From assembly GCA_032718475.1 (NCBI GenBank), contig JAUCBJ010008794.1, positions 76,188-140,187 of the forward strand: 64,000 nucleotides of DNA, read 5' to 3'. The translations under genes were made by a program, and so were the position numbers. This document shows positions 62,101 through 64,000 of the stretch, one piece after another. This stretch comes from Nemertoderma westbladi (lineage: Eukaryota > Animalia > Xenacoelomorpha). The notes below the pieces were generated by a model. That model was not told where the DNA came from. It searched no databases and saw only the letters and a program-made list of their open reading frames with translations. How positions within the stretch are numbered: the first letter of the stretch is position 1; the number at the start of each line of letters is the position of its first letter.

Positions 62101-64000
62101 TATTGACTTTACTGCAGACTGTAGTTAGGAGTGAGCTGAATCGATCATTACGTATTGACTTTACTGCAGACTGTAGTTAGGAGTGAGCTGAATCGATCAT
62201 TACGTATTGACTTTACTGCAGACTGTAGTTAGGAGTGAGCTGAATCGATCATTACGTATTGACTTTACTGCAGACTGTAGTTAGGAGAGAGCTGAATCGA
62301 TCATTACGTATTGACTTTACTGCAGAACTGTAGTTAGGAGTGAGCTGAATCGATCATTACGTATTGACTTTACTGCAGACTGTAGTTAGGAGTGAGCTGA
62401 ATCGATCATTACGTATTGACTTTACTGCAGACTGTAGTTAGGAGTGAGCTGAATCGATCATTACGTATTGACTTTACTGCAGACTGTAGTTAGGAGTGAG
62501 CTGAATCGATCATTACGTATTGACTTTACTGCAGACTGTAGTTAGGAGTGAGCTGAATCGATCATTACGTATTGACTTTACTGCAGACTGTAGTTAGGAG
62601 TGAGCTGAATCGATCATTACGTATTGACTTTACTGCAGACTGTAGTTAGGAGTGAGCTGAATCGATCATTACGTATTGACTTTACTGCAGAGACTGTAGT
62701 TAGGAGTGAGCTGAATCGATCATTACGTATTGACTTTACTGCAGACTGTAGTTAGGAGTGAGCTGAATCGATCATTACGTATTGACTTTACTGCAGACTG
62801 TAGTTAGGAGTGAGCTGAATCGATCATTACGTATTGACTTTACTGCAGACTGTAGTTAGGAGAGAGCTGAATCGATCATTACGTATTGACTTTACTGCAG
62901 ACTGTAGTTAGGAGAGAGCTGAATCGATCATTACGTATTGACTTTACTGCAGACTGTAGTTAGGAGTGAGCTGAATCGATCATTACGTATTGACTTTACT
63001 GCAGACTGTAGTTAGGAGTGAGCTGAATCGATCATTACGTATTGACTTTACTGCAGACTGTAGTTAGGAGTGAGCTGAATCGATCATTACGTATTGACTT
63101 TACTGCAGACTGTAGTTAGGAGTGAGCTGAATCGATCATTACGTATTGACTTTACTGCAGACTGTAGTTAGGAGTGAGCTGAATCGATCATTACGTATTG
63201 ACTTTACTGCAGACTGTAGTTAGGAGTGAGCTGAATCGATCATTACGTATTGACTTTACTGCAGACTGTAGTTAGGAGTGAGCTGAATCGATCATTACGT
63301 ATTGACTTTACTGCAGACTGTAGTTAGGAGTGAGCTGAATCGATCATTACGTATTGACTTTACTGCAGACTGTAGTTAGGAGTGAGCTGAATCGATCATT
63401 ACGTATTGACTTTACTGCAGACTGTAGTTAGGAGTGAGCTGAATCGATCATTACGTATTGACTTTACTGCAGACTGTAGTTAGGAGTGAGCTGAATCGAT
63501 CATTACGTATTGACTTTACTGCAGACTGTAGTTAGGAGTGAGCTGAATCGATCATTACGTATTGACTTTACTGCAGACTGTAGTTAGGAGTGAGCTGAAT
63601 CGATCATTACGTATTGACTTTACTGCAGACTGTAGTTAGGAGTGAGCTGAATCGATCATTACGTATTGACTTTACTGCAGACTGTAGTTAGGAGTGAGCT
63701 GAATCGATCATTACGTATTGACTTTACTGCAGACTGTAGTTAGGAGTGAGCTGAATCGATCATTACGTATTGACTTTACTGCAGAGACTGTAGTTAGGAG
63801 TGAGCTGAATCGATCATTACGTATTGACTTTACTGCAGACTGTAGTTAGGAGTGAGCTGAATCGATCATTACGTATTGACTTTACTGCAGACTGTATTAG
63901 TGTTAGGAGTGAGCTGAATCGATCATTACGTATTGACTTTACTGCAGACTGTAGTTAGGAGAGAGCTGAATCGATCATTACGTATTGACTTTACTGCAGA
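50200..64000. repeat. 52/54-bp satellite, >260 copies, runs off the window end
   Basis: Unit ggag[t/a]gagctgaatcgatcattacgtattgactttactgcaga(ga)ctg[t/a]agtta. Confidence 0.98.

Overview
Repeat-dense animal (invertebrate-like) nuclear DNA. The only recognisable host gene is a minus-strand furin-like proprotein convertase with 2 coding exons (44357-43925 and 32052-30353, ~710 aa). Its 11.9-kb intron holds a decayed LINE, a MITE and a 6.4-kb satellite. The left 25 kb is nested retroelements: a BEL/Pao element lacking RT and the integrase core, whose apparent 3' LTR is ~4.4 kb and contains an ORF; three more copies of that terminus family, one carrying a 3'-5' exonuclease/zinc-knuckle ORF instead; a CR1/L2-type LINE with a 2A-like NPGP motif; RTE and other LINE fragments; and a tRNA-derived SINE. 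A CRE-like RLE retrotransposon (26.2-29.6 kb) has an in-frame heptad expansion inside its RT. Several tandem arrays (28, 40, 21, 42 and probably 22 bp) come from the retrotransposon coding sequence they sit in. The last 13.8 kb is a 52/54-bp satellite. All calls are by eye from motifs; no database search was run.
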